Made by a program: the position numbers and the translations under genes. Positions 1 to 8,689 of a DNA stretch of 64,000 nucleotides are shown piece after piece (the stretch's first letter is position 1; each line of letters starts with the position of its first letter). Location: assembly GCA_017515595.1 (NCBI GenBank), contig JAFWFL010000093.1, positions 367 through 64,366 of the forward strand. Direction: 5' to 3'. The notes below the pieces were generated by a model. The model was not told where the DNA came from. It saw only the letters and a program-made list of their open reading frames with translations, and did no database searches. The stretch comes from Coriobacteriales bacterium (GTDB taxonomy: Bacteria > Actinomycetota > Coriobacteriia > Coriobacteriales > UMGS124).

Positions 1-2
1 CT

Positions 3-1259
3 TCTCCGCATGCAACCTGCTATGCAGACTATATCCACATCTCTCCCGGTACCCATGCCTCGGGAGATTTTGCTCAGTTTGATGATCCTGCTGATGAAAT
101 TGAAGCAGATTATGATTCCGAGCTTGTCGAGAAGATCTGTGCAGAAGCAATTACGCTTGGCATTCCTGCAGGTACTTTTGGTGAGCGTAACCGCTCGCTT
201 GATCACGGCACCATGGTCCCGCTCTCGTTTATACAGGCCGCAGGTGTTGCCTGCCCCATTGTACGCATTGGTATCTCGGGGTTGACTCCGCTTGATCACT
301 ACAACCTGGGTGTAGCGATTCAGCGTGCTGTTGAGGCGCTCGACCGCAGGGCAGTTTACATTGCATCGGGAGACCTCTCCCACAAAATGGCTGATACAAG
401 CCCATACGGGTTCGCGCCTGATGGGCCGGTGTTTGATGACTTCATTTGCAAGGCTTTTGAGAAAGCTGACTTTTTGAGTCTCTTAACCTGCGACAGCGGG
501 CTTGCCGAACGTGCGGCAGAGTGCGGTCTGCGCTCCTTCCAAATGATGGCCGGTGCATTTGACGGCTATGCGGTTTCTTCTGAGCTGTATTCGCATGAAG
601 GCCCTTTTGGCGTTGGCTATGCCGTTGCGGAGTTTGTTCCTCTCGGACCAAGCGATACGAGGCACTTGGCAGAGCAATACCACAATGAGCGCGTAAAGCA
701 GATGCAGGAGATTCGCGCAAAAGAAGACCCTCTTGTACAGCTGGCGCGTATGACCGTTGAATCATGGACCCGTACGCATAAAGAGCCTTCAATCGATGAC
801 GAAGGCGTTGCCGGCGGTACTCTTAAACTCCCTGATTGGCTCTTGAGCACGAGAGCAGGCGCGTTTTCTTCTATTAAGAAATACGGATCTTTGCGTGGTT
901 GCATTGGTACAACGGTTCCTGTCCAAGAAAACCTTGCCCACGAGATTATTGCAAACGCCATAAGCGCGGCATGCCATGACCCCCGTTTTGATCCCATTAC
1001 CCCTGATGAGCTTGATGACCTTGTGTACAGCGTTGATGTTTTGGGCGAACTCGAAGATATTGACTCGCCTTCTCAGCTCGACACCCAGCGCTACGGAGTG
1101 GTAGTAAGCACGCGCGACGGACGGCGCGGCCTTTTGCTCCCCGCTCTCGACGGGGTCGATACCGTAGAAGAGCAAATATCTATTGCTCGTAAAAAGGGCG
1201 GTATTAGACCTCATGAGCACATAAAGCTCCAACGCTTCGAGGTTGTTCGCCATGTCTGA
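3..1259 (+). CDS. LigB-type (class III extradiol dioxygenase-like) domain fused to AMMECR1 domain; AmmeMemoRadiSam system protein (5'-truncated by window edge)
   Basis: Frame 3 is open from nt 3 with no stop before the listed Met at 213, so the gene starts upstream of the window. N-terminal half has LigB-like motifs (DHGTMVPL, SGDLSHK). C-terminal half is AMMECR1-like (LRGCIGT, HDPRF, RRGLLLP). Its stop overlaps the next gene start by 8 nt (ATGTCTGA). Confidence 0.8.
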   Translation, partial: SPHATCYADYIHISPGTHASGDFAQFDDPADEIEADYDSELVEKICAEAITLGIPAGTFGERNRSLDHGTMVPLSFIQAAGVACPIVRIGISGLTPLDHYNLGVAIQRAVEALDRRAVYIASGDLSHKMADTSPYGFAPDGPVFDDFICKAFEKADFLSLLTCDSGLAERAAECGLRSFQMMAGAFDGYAVSSELYSHEGPFGVGYAVAEFVPLGPSDTRHLAEQYHNERVKQMQEIRAKEDPLVQLARMTVESWTRTHKEPSIDDEGVAGGTLKLPDWLLSTRAGAFSSIKKYGSLRGCIGTTVPVQENLAHEIIANAISAACHDPRFDPITPDELDDLVYSVDVLGELEDIDSPSQLDTQRYGVVVSTRDGRRGLLLPALDGVDTVEEQISIARKKGGIRPHEHIKLQRFEVVRHV

Positions 1260-2097
1260 TGAACTTGTTTGCGATGTCTGTCCGCGTGCCTGCAAGCTAA
1301 AACCCCAGGCAACGGGATTCTGCGGCGCCCGTGTGAACAATGGCGATACCATTGTATGCGACAACTACGGAAGGGTTACATCCATAGCTTTGGACCCGGT
1401 TACCAAAAAGCCGTTAGCCAGGTGGAATCCGCAAGATTATGTAGTGTCGCTTGGGAGTTATGGCTGCAACATGAGCTGCCCTTTTTGCCAAAACTACCAA
1501 ATATCTGCCGCAAGACAAGACAGTGTTTCCTGGGAATATTGGGACCCTCAGCAGGTTGTGCAAACAACACTTGACCTCAGGAAAAAAGACCCTCGCGTGA
1601 TAGGAATCGCATTTACCTATAACGAACCGCTTATAAGCTGGGAATATGTGCGTGATACAAGCCTGCTTGCCCATAAAGCCGGTCTCAAAAACGTGCTTGT
1701 GAGTAACGGGCAGGCAAATGCGCATATCATTCAAGGGCTTCTCGGCCTTATTGATGCTGTAAATATTGATCTCAAAGCCTCGAGCCAAGAGGTCTACAGC
1801 AAAATGGGAGGCTCACTGGAAACTGCTCAAACAACCATCAGTCTCCTTGCCCAAGACCCTGCCTGTCATGTAGAAGTCACAACACTTATGGTTCCCGGCA
1901 TGAGCGCAGGCCTTAAAAGCATTGCCGCCATCGCCCAGTGGATTGCAAACATAGACCCCGAGATTCCCTACCATTTATCGCGCTGTTTCCCCAGGTACAA
2001 AATGACTGATATCGAGCCCACGCCCGTGGCCGATGTCTATAAGGCAGCAGAACTTGCCCGCACCTATTTGCACCATGTGTACACCGGTAATTGCTAA
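1252..2097 (+). CDS. AmmeMemoRadiSam system radical SAM enzyme (PflA-like activase fold)
   Basis: CNMSCPFCQN is a CxxxCxxC radical-SAM cluster motif. An N-terminal Cys-rich segment (CDVCPRAC...FCG) is present. Translationally coupled to the AMMECR1 gene. ATG at 1252 preferred over the TTG at 1243 used by the ORF track. Confidence 0.8.
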   Translation: MSDELVCDVCPRACKLKPQATGFCGARVNNGDTIVCDNYGRVTSIALDPVTKKPLARWNPQDYVVSLGSYGCNMSCPFCQNYQISAARQDSVSWEYWDPQQVVQTTLDLRKKDPRVIGIAFTYNEPLISWEYVRDTSLLAHKAGLKNVLVSNGQANAHIIQGLLGLIDAVNIDLKASSQEVYSKMGGSLETAQTTISLLAQDPACHVEVTTLMVPGMSAGLKSIAAIAQWIANIDPEIPYHLSRCFPRYKMTDIEPTPVADVYKAAELARTYLHHVYTGNC

Positions 2098-2152
2098 GCA
2101 AAATACGATGATCTATAATTGCTTTATTGTTTGATTATGAGGAGAGGCCATT

Positions 2153-3181
2153 ATGAAAACTGTTACTTTGGGTTCCACCGGAATCACAACTCCGCAAAAC
2201 GGCTTTGGAGCTTTACCTATACAACGCATAAGTACTGACGATGCAGTAAAGCTTGTACGGCGTGCTTACGCAGGGGGCATGACCTTTTTTGACACCGCAC
2301 GCGCGTACAGCGATTCTGAGGAAAAGCTTGGAATTGCATTTGAGGGCATGCGCGACAAGGTGTTTATTGCCACTAAATCAATGGGCAAAACGCCCGAGAA
2401 GCTCCTGGCTGATCTCGACACCTCGCTTGGCCTCCTTAAGACTGACCACGTAGACATTTTCCAGCCTCATTGCGTTGAGCAATGCTACCGTCCCGGTGAC
2501 GGAACCGGCATGTATGAGGCGCTGCTCGAAGCCAAAGCAGCAGGCAAGATTCTCCACATTGGCATTACCGCTCATAAAATTGGCGTTGCAGAAGAAATCA
2601 TTGCAAGCGGACTTTACGAAACGCTTCAGTTCCCCCTGAGTTATCTCTCGGGCGAGCGCGAAATTGCCCTGGTTCATGCCTGTGCAGAAGCCAACATGGG
2701 CTTTATAGCGATGAAGGGTCTCGCGGGCGGGCTTCTCACCAATGCGCGTGCCTGTATGGCGTTTATGTCGCAGTTTGACAATGTTGTTCCCATTTGGGGA
2801 ATCCAGCGCGAAAGCGAACTCGACCAGTGGCTTGCCTGCATGGACGGCAAATCTGTTCTCGATGCCGAGACGTCTGCGTTTATCGAAGCTGATCGTGCAC
2901 AGCTGAGTGGCAACTTCTGCCGTGGTTGCGGCTACTGCATGCCTTGCCCGGTGGGCATCCAAATTAACCAGTGCGCCCGCATAAGCCTTATGGTCCGCCG
3001 CGCTCCAAGCGCCAACTGGCTTAATGATTATTGGCAAGCCGAGATGCAAAAGACCACCGAGTGCCTGCACTGCGGCGCCTGCACAGCCCGCTGCCCTTAC
3101 GAACTCGACACCCCGCGTCTCCTCGAAGAAAACTACGCCGACTACAAGCGCATCCTCTCAGGAGAAACAATCATAGACTAG
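2153..3181 (+). CDS. aldo/keto reductase with C-terminal 4Fe-4S ferredoxin-like domain
   Basis: AKR N-terminus (GFGALPIQR, FFDTARAYSDSE). C-terminal CRGCGYCMPCP and CLHCGACTARCP cluster motifs. GGAGAGG Shine-Dalgarno 6 nt upstream of the ATG. Confidence 0.85.
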   Translation: MKTVTLGSTGITTPQNGFGALPIQRISTDDAVKLVRRAYAGGMTFFDTARAYSDSEEKLGIAFEGMRDKVFIATKSMGKTPEKLLADLDTSLGLLKTDHVDIFQPHCVEQCYRPGDGTGMYEALLEAKAAGKILHIGITAHKIGVAEEIIASGLYETLQFPLSYLSGEREIALVHACAEANMGFIAMKGLAGGLLTNARACMAFMSQFDNVVPIWGIQRESELDQWLACMDGKSVLDAETSAFIEADRAQLSGNFCRGCGYCMPCPVGIQINQCARISLMVRRAPSANWLNDYWQAEMQKTTECLHCGACTARCPYELDTPRLLEENYADYKRILSGETIID

Positions 3182-3265
3182 ACCAGCAGCATCTGGGTGC
3201 AAAACCAACCCGGCCCAACAGTCCTCACCACCAGCCGGATTCTCCAAAACCCAACATCTCATTTT

Positions 3266-3439
3266 GTGCGCAAGGCCCTTCGCATCCCCTTGTACGCAAG
3301 CCCCTTCGCATCCCCTTGTACGCAAGGGCCTTCGCATCCCCTTGTACGTAAGCCCCTCGCATCCCCTTGTGCGCAAGCCCCTCGCATCCCCTTGTGCGCA
3401 AGCTCCTCGCATCCCCTTGTGCGCAAGCTCCTCGCATGT
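3266..3439. repeat. tandem repeat, six full units plus one partial, period 26-26-25-25-25-25 bp (unit CGCATCCCCTTGTRCGCAAGSYCCT)
   Basis: Unit starts read directly at 3281, 3307, 3333, 3358, 3383, 3408 and 3433 (partial). The period is not a multiple of 3. All frames are open only because the unit lacks stop codons. Confidence 0.9.
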
Positions 3440-3484
3440 GTCTAAATAGAAAAACCCTTTTGTGTACAAAGAGATTCCTGTTGT

Positions 3485-3740
3485 GTCCACAAATTTTGAA
3501 TGTGTGGCCATTTCTACCTTTGCGCACAAAAGGATGTCCGTTTTGTCCACAATTTTTGAATGTGTGACCAATTCTGCGCTTGAGCCACTTTTCCCCATGG
3601 TCACATCATTTCTGCCGAGAAGAACCCGCAGTTCAGGGAAATATAAACTCCAAGGGTTTCTCGGCAAATACTGTTTTAACATGGTAATTGGTCACACATT
3701 CAAATTTTGTGGTCAAAACGAGTCTCATTTTGTGCGCAAG
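3485..3740 (+). repeat. nested-palindromic dispersed repeat element, copy 1 (~255 bp core)
   Basis: Shares about 90% identity by eye with 5938-6195 and with the reverse complement of 7497-7755. Built from box A (CCACAAATTTTGAATGTGTGRCC) and box B (CTTTGCGCACAAAAGGATG) in inverted pairs around an inner CCGAGAAGAACCC/GGGTTTCTCGG hairpin. Confidence 0.8.
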
Positions 3741-3798
3741 AGGTACGGGGCACGTAGATTCTCGAGGGTTTCTCGGCATCTTGGGTCAATGCCTTTAA

Positions 3799-3843
3799 AG
3801 CCCCGTATGTATCTACATTGTACTGGTAGATACATACGGGGCT
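3799..3843 (-). terminator. stem-loop downstream of flavoprotein reductase gene
   Basis: 17-bp perfect stem AGCCCCGTATGTATCTA / TAGATACATACGGGGCT with an 11-nt loop, 28 nt past the stop codon. On the minus strand it is followed by TTTAAAGG. Confidence 0.6.
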
Positions 3844-3870
3844 ATTACTATCGCAAAACGGTTTTACGTG

Positions 3871-5523
3871 TTACTGGAGAATCTCGGTGAGGACTGTGTC
3901 TTTGGCGAGCGCTTCGCCCACAAGCTGGCCAAACGTCCAGCAGCGGCCAATGCTGATGCCCGGGCAGATGACCGGGTAAGTAATGCCAAAGAAGTCACCC
4001 TGCATGTTGCCGATCGCGAAGAGGCCGTCAATGGGATCATCGTCGATGGTGCAAACCTGTGAGTTATCGTCGACATGAAGGCCGAACGGAACAACCAGGT
4101 TGCAAGCTGCGCTCTTGCAGGTATAAAACGGCGGGGTCTTAATTGGTGCGAGGAAGTCAGCAGGAACACCAAATTCTTCGTCGACTCCGGATTCGCATAT
4201 CTCGTTATAGTGTGCGACTGTCTCAAGGAACGCGTCTACAGGAATGCCGATACCCTCAGCGAGCTCCTCGAGCGTGTCGGCCTTGGTCATAGTACCGTTC
4301 TCAAGAGCGCCTGCGATCCTGTCCTCGATCCCTGCGAGCTTCTCTTCATAGTCAACCGGACGCTGACGCTGGACAATGGTCCTGTAGTCGGAGTCGAGAA
4401 TGCTCCACGCAACGTTGCCGGGAGTGTTGGTGCGTGCATTGGTCATTGTGGGTTCGTAGGACATCTCAGCGCAGAAACGCTTACCATTGCGGTTGACTGA
4501 GAGCAGGCTCAAATAGAACGACGAAACGGGCAGCATGATAGTGCCAAAGTCGAAGTGATGGACCATAGGTGAAACTGGGCTCTTAGAAGTCGCGGCGCCT
4601 GCCCAAAGGCCCATGTTGATGCCGTCTCCGATGTTGCCATTGACCGTGCCGTAACCGCACCAGTCGGCGCGCAGCGCCATTGGGCACCACATCTTGAGCA
4701 TGTCCTCGTTGCCGCCAATGTCACCGCAAGCAAGGATGACGCCCTTCGCGGCATCATACTCAACATACTTACCGTCGGCGTCTTGCGCGATGACACCCTT
4801 AATGCCGTCGGCTGCGTTGCCTACGAGCTGCATTGCACGCGTGTTGCAGATGAACTCTGCACCGTTAGACTCGGCCGAGCGAACCATTACGCCGCCAATA
4901 TTCTCGTTGCCGGCCGTGAACATGGTGCCGTCGTCGCCCTCGATGGGACTGACGCAGCAGCTTGTCTCATACACGCGCCACCTATCGGTCAGCTTGTCCC
5001 AGCCAAGCTTTGCGGTCGGACCACGGGAGGTCGTGATTGTAAAACCATCAGCAGCTGCCAAGCCGGCAAGGTAATCAAAGATACGGCCTGACTGTGTAGC
5101 CCAAGTCTTGATAAGGTTGTAGTTTGCGGTTTGCTGTGTCCAAGCAAAAAGGCGGCGGGAAGCGTCGATGGGATCAATGTTGAGTCCGCGTACTTCCTTT
5201 TGCCAGGTGCTGCCAATGTGGCCGTTCTCAAGGCCGCGGAATTGCGGGGTCTCGGCCTGCTCAAGGACAGCAACCGAAGCGCCAAAACGCGCAGCCGCCT
5301 CTGCTGCAGCGCAACCGGCGATACCGCCACCAACAATGACAACATCATATTCTTTTTTCTCGGCAATATCGGTAATAGGCTCAGGCGGATTCTCCCACGA
5401 ATGAGGGCTGACCGGAGCAGCCGGTGCCTCATCTGCGAACGCAGGCGCAATGCTTGACGCCGCCACAGCCGCACCTGAAGCGGCAATGAACGACCTTCTG
5501 TCAATCAAGTTCTGTCTTGCCAT
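3871..5523 (-). CDS. Tat-exported FAD-dependent oxidoreductase (fumarate reductase/FrdA-like flavoprotein family), paralog 1
   Basis: Twin-arginine signal MARQNLIDRRSFIAASGAAVAASSIAPAFA. FAD dinucleotide motif VVIVGGGIAGCAAA. ATG at 5523 is preceded by AAGGAGAAAGG. The ORF-track start at 5565 is rejected as an upstream extension. Confidence 0.85.
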   Translation of the reverse strand: MARQNLIDRRSFIAASGAAVAASSIAPAFADEAPAAPVSPHSWENPPEPITDIAEKKEYDVVIVGGGIAGCAAAEAAARFGASVAVLEQAETPQFRGLENGHIGSTWQKEVRGLNIDPIDASRRLFAWTQQTANYNLIKTWATQSGRIFDYLAGLAAADGFTITTSRGPTAKLGWDKLTDRWRVYETSCCVSPIEGDDGTMFTAGNENIGGVMVRSAESNGAEFICNTRAMQLVGNAADGIKGVIAQDADGKYVEYDAAKGVILACGDIGGNEDMLKMWCPMALRADWCGYGTVNGNIGDGINMGLWAGAATSKSPVSPMVHHFDFGTIMLPVSSFYLSLLSVNRNGKRFCAEMSYEPTMTNARTNTPGNVAWSILDSDYRTIVQRQRPVDYEEKLAGIEDRIAGALENGTMTKADTLEELAEGIGIPVDAFLETVAHYNEICESGVDEEFGVPADFLAPIKTPPFYTCKSAACNLVVPFGLHVDDNSQVCTIDDDPIDGLFAIGNMQGDFFGITYPVICPGISIGRCWTFGQLVGEALAKDTVLTEILQ

Positions 5524-5835
5524 GGTACTTCCTTTCTCCTTGTCCGAAACTACCTTTAACAGCAATCAAAGGAAAACCGGCAGTTCTAGCTGCTCAGACT
5601 GTCTCTATGCACACATAGCAGGATGAGCGCAACCGGCAACTTTTGATTGCAATTTAGATATTAGGACAATCACCCGAGTAAAGGAAAGTACCCTGACAGG
5701 ATGATTTTTTAAATCGCCCAGTCAAGGCGCATGGTTTAGAATAATCCATATAACATACACAAGCCAGTCAATTCCCTTGAGTTGCAATCAGGATGTTCAG
5801 AACCTTTATTTGACATCAACCTCAAATGGCACTAC

Positions 5836-6195
5836 CCCACAAATTTTGAATGTGTGACCATTATCTACCTATGTGCATAAAACAGAATCTCACGACTTTG
5901 ACCTGAATCCAATAAACCTCCGAGCAGCTCCGTTTATGTCCACAAATTTTGAATGTGTGGCCATTTCTACCTTTGCGCACAAAAGGATGTCCGTTTTGAC
6001 CACAATTATTGAATGTGTGACCAATTTTATGCTTGAGCCGCTTTTCCCCATGGTCACATCATTTCTGCCGAGAAGAACCCGCAGCTCAGGGAGATATAAA
6101 CTCAGGGCTTCTCGGCAAAGTCTGTTTTAACGCGGCAGTTGGTCACACATTCAAAAATTGCGGTCAAAACGAGTCTCATTTTTTGCGCGAGCGAG
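5836..6195 (+). repeat. nested-palindromic dispersed repeat element, copy 2 (extended, ~360 bp); left arm of inverted pair
   Basis: Near-identical in reverse complement to 7497-7852. The two 85-aa ORFs predicted in them differ at only 3 residues. Confidence 0.85.
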
Positions 6196-6433
6196 AATGT
6201 GTCTCTGGATATCCTGTCAATCTCTATACAATTTAATGGAAACTAAATACACAGATACAGTAGTATTTATACATGTAGTATGTCTCGTATTATCATCATT
6301 GTGAACTCTATGTTAAACATCGTACTGCGACAGAGTATCCTGCCCTTAGCCAAGGTATATACTTATGGAAGAAATGGCCTCCTGAATTAAAGCTCGCAAT
6401 AGGTAATGCGGGCGGGAGATGGGAGGCGTAAAC

Positions 6434-7429
6434 ATGAAGATAATCATAAGCCACTTAACCGCATATCGTTATTTGAGTAATTACGCGGCACGACAGACAC
6501 GCAAAAGATTTGTTGCACATTGGGATCCGCTGGATATTGGCAGACAATCACGTGCAACATCAGTTACAGATATTACGGCGCGAATAAACGAAATCGAGGG
6601 TTTGGATCTTAATTTCCTTGGGATTCCACTTGATAGGATTGATCTTCTTGTAACTGATCAGCACAAGCGCAGCGCGGCACCAAACATTGTGAATCATGTT
6701 TGTAGTAAATTCCAGCCGGTATATGGTTCTCTTATTGCATTGTCATCATGTGTATATGTATGCAGTCCCGAGCTTTGCTTTGTCCAAATGGCAAGTACGT
6801 TTGACTTTGTTGATCTGGTTGAGTTTGGATTTGAGTTATGCGGTGGATACGCCTTAAGTACTCATCAGGAAAAAGGTTTTTCGAACCGTATTCCACTTAC
6901 CTCAAAAGAGCATATTACCCGTTTCCTTGATAGGCTGGCACCATCAAATGCGGTGAATAAATCACGGAGAGCTCTTACGTATATTGCAGATCATTCTGCA
7001 TCTCCGCGGGAGACAACATTCACGATGCTCGAAACGCTTCCAAAGCAAGTTGGCGGCTGTGGTTTTGAGCTGCCATACCTAAATTATAAATTTTCGCTGG
7101 AAGAACAAGACATGTGGAAACGCAAGAATTACTACTGCGATATCTATTGGCCACAATACAAGCTTGCTATTGAATACTCAGGTACGATGGCTCATGGTGA
7201 GCATACAGCGTATGCTGATAATGAGCGCGAAAACATCATAGAGCTCGGCGGGATCCGTGTGTTGCGCATAAGTGCTCAGCAGCTTTCAAACGCAAATTCT
7301 CTCGACCTGGTTTCACGCCGTATCGCAAGCTATATGGGCAAACGAATAAGAACGCAAACTCTTGCAGCTAAAGAAAAAAGAGAACATCTCCGTGAATATC
7401 TCTACAACAGAAACCGCACTGAAAGATAA
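6434..7429 (+). CDS. DUF559/Vsr-like (PD-(D/E)xK fold) endonuclease-domain protein, hypothetical
   Basis: The C-terminal segment CDIYWPQYKLAIEYSGTMAHGEHTAYADNERENIIELGGIRVLRI fits the D...E-x-x-G..H....D..R...L...G..V.R pattern of DUF559/very-short-patch-repair-like domains. GGGAGG lies 7 nt before the ATG at 6434. The region is visibly AT-richer than its flanks. Confidence 0.65.
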   Translation: MKIIISHLTAYRYLSNYAARQTRKRFVAHWDPLDIGRQSRATSVTDITARINEIEGLDLNFLGIPLDRIDLLVTDQHKRSAAPNIVNHVCSKFQPVYGSLIALSSCVYVCSPELCFVQMASTFDFVDLVEFGFELCGGYALSTHQEKGFSNRIPLTSKEHITRFLDRLAPSNAVNKSRRALTYIADHSASPRETTFTMLETLPKQVGGCGFELPYLNYKFSLEEQDMWKRKNYYCDIYWPQYKLAIEYSGTMAHGEHTAYADNERENIIELGGIRVLRISAQQLSNANSLDLVSRRIASYMGKRIRTQTLAAKEKREHLREYLYNRNRTER

Positions 7430-7496
7430 GACCTATGTTTTCTGTATTCATATCCTTTCTGCCGCGTTACTGCTTTCTACAAGAGGGGCTCTTCTC

Positions 7497-7852
7497 CCTT
7501 GCGCACAAAAGGATGCCCGTTTTGACCGCGATTTTTGAATGTGTGACCAACTGCCGCGTTAAAACAGACTTTGCCGAGAAGCCCTGAGTTTATATCTCCC
7601 TGAGCTGCGGGTTCTTCTCGGCAGAAATGATGTGACCATTGGGAAAAGCGGCTCAGGCATAAAATTGGTCACACATTCAATAATTGTGGTCAAAACGGAC
7701 ATCCTTTTGTGCGCAAAGGTAGAAATGGCCACACATTCAAAATTTGTGGACATAAACGAAGCTGCTCGGAGGTTTGTTGGATTCAGGTCAAAGTCGTGAG
7801 ATTCTGTTTTATGCACATAGGTGGATAATGGTCACACATTCAAAATTTGTGG
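7497..7852 (-). repeat. nested-palindromic dispersed repeat element, copy 3; right arm of inverted pair
   Basis: Reverse complement of 5836-6195. It is followed at 7856-7905 by a partial duplication of its own 7756-7800 segment (GCTGCTCGGAGGTTTGTTGGATTCAG). Confidence 0.85.
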
Positions 7853-7891
7853 ACACTACGGAGCTGCTCGGAGGTTTGTTGGATTCAGATC

Positions 7892-7937
7892 AAAACCGTT
7901 CCTCTGTTTTGATTGCAAAAAACAGAGGAACGGTTTT
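7892..7937 (-). terminator. rho-independent terminator of nrdDG
   Basis: 17-bp stem AAAACCGTTCCTCTGTT / AACAGAGGAACGGTTTT. A T-run follows on the minus strand. Located 57 nt past the nrdG stop. Confidence 0.7.
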
Positions 7938-7993
7938 GACCAATTCTTTAGTTGCTTCTTCGCACAGCGGGGAGGCTGTTTTACTTGTTGTTT

Positions 7994-8587
7994 CTATTCG
8001 AATTTGTGGGTTGCGTAGACGTTCTCGTCTTGCCAGAGGATGATGGGGGCTTGGGCCGGGTCTAGAGAGGCAGCGAGTAATCCTTGACGTACGGGTTTCA
8101 TAGCGGCTAGGTCTATAAGACGCTGGTTGTCAGAGCCTTTAAAACGCAGGGTCACACTATGCTCGGCTGCAATGTACGGACCGTCTACCAAAACGTCAAT
8201 ACAATCAAGCATGGCATTGGTGTCGGCAGTGTGCTTACGGCCCCCAGCAGGTGCTATGTCTCTATCATAGACATAGCCCGAATAGCACCAAATTGTCTTT
8301 TGAGGGAACTTTTCACGTACCTTTTCCAAAAACGGACGCAAGGCTGCCTGGTTCTCGGGCTCAAACGGCTCGCCTCCCAAGACAGAAAGCCCCGCTACCC
8401 AATATGGCTCCAGGCTTTTAAGTATCTTCTCTTGAACCTCAGCCGAGAACGGCTCACCGGCGTCAAAATCCCAGGCTTCTGCATTAAAGCAACCCGGGCA
8501 CCCCACCCGGCACCCACTCACAAACAACGTAGTACGAACGCCAACGCCGTTCGCGATATCACAATACTTAATAGCTGCGTAGTTCAT
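7994..8587 (-). CDS. nrdG: anaerobic ribonucleoside-triphosphate reductase activating protein
   Basis: N-terminus MNYAAIKYCDIANGVGVRTTLFVSGCRVGCPGCFN is the typical NrdG radical-SAM cluster region. Lies directly downstream of nrdD. Confidence 0.9.
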   Translation of the reverse strand: MNYAAIKYCDIANGVGVRTTLFVSGCRVGCPGCFNAEAWDFDAGEPFSAEVQEKILKSLEPYWVAGLSVLGGEPFEPENQAALRPFLEKVREKFPQKTIWCYSGYVYDRDIAPAGGRKHTADTNAMLDCIDVLVDGPYIAAEHSVTLRFKGSDNQRLIDLAAMKPVRQGLLAASLDPAQAPIILWQDENVYATHKFE

Positions 8588-8689
8588 AACGGGTACCTTT
8601 CTGCGCTTCGATACAAAATTATGGGCTATATCCTCTTGGAGGCATAGCCCATAATATAACGGTTATACAAATCTCAAAAGACCAACAGC

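Noticed and set aside
10-285. 91-aa ORF at the left edge
   Set aside because: It overlaps, in a different frame, the clearly homologous LigB-like coding frame, which is open from nt 3.
3266-3439. Possible CRISPR array (regular ~25-bp repeats)
   Set aside because: The units are directly contiguous with no unique spacers between them. No cas genes are nearby. It is a simple tandem satellite.
3031-3682. Several overlapping Pro/Arg/Leu-rich ORFs on both strands across the tandem array (e.g. 3031-3351, 3197-3445, 3158-3682)
   Set aside because: All six frames are open over a stop-free repeat with a 25/26-bp period. Their mutual overlap and lack of RBS argue against coding.
5873-6130. 85-aa ORF (and its twin at 7559-7816, plus 3462-3890) inside the dispersed repeats as a real small protein
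   Set aside because: These ORFs exist because the element lacks stops. Peptides such as STNFECV and GHTFK(I/N)CG arise from the same palindromic box read on both strands. There is no Shine-Dalgarno, and the differences between copies show no third-position bias that I could see. They are treated as non-coding repeat sequence.
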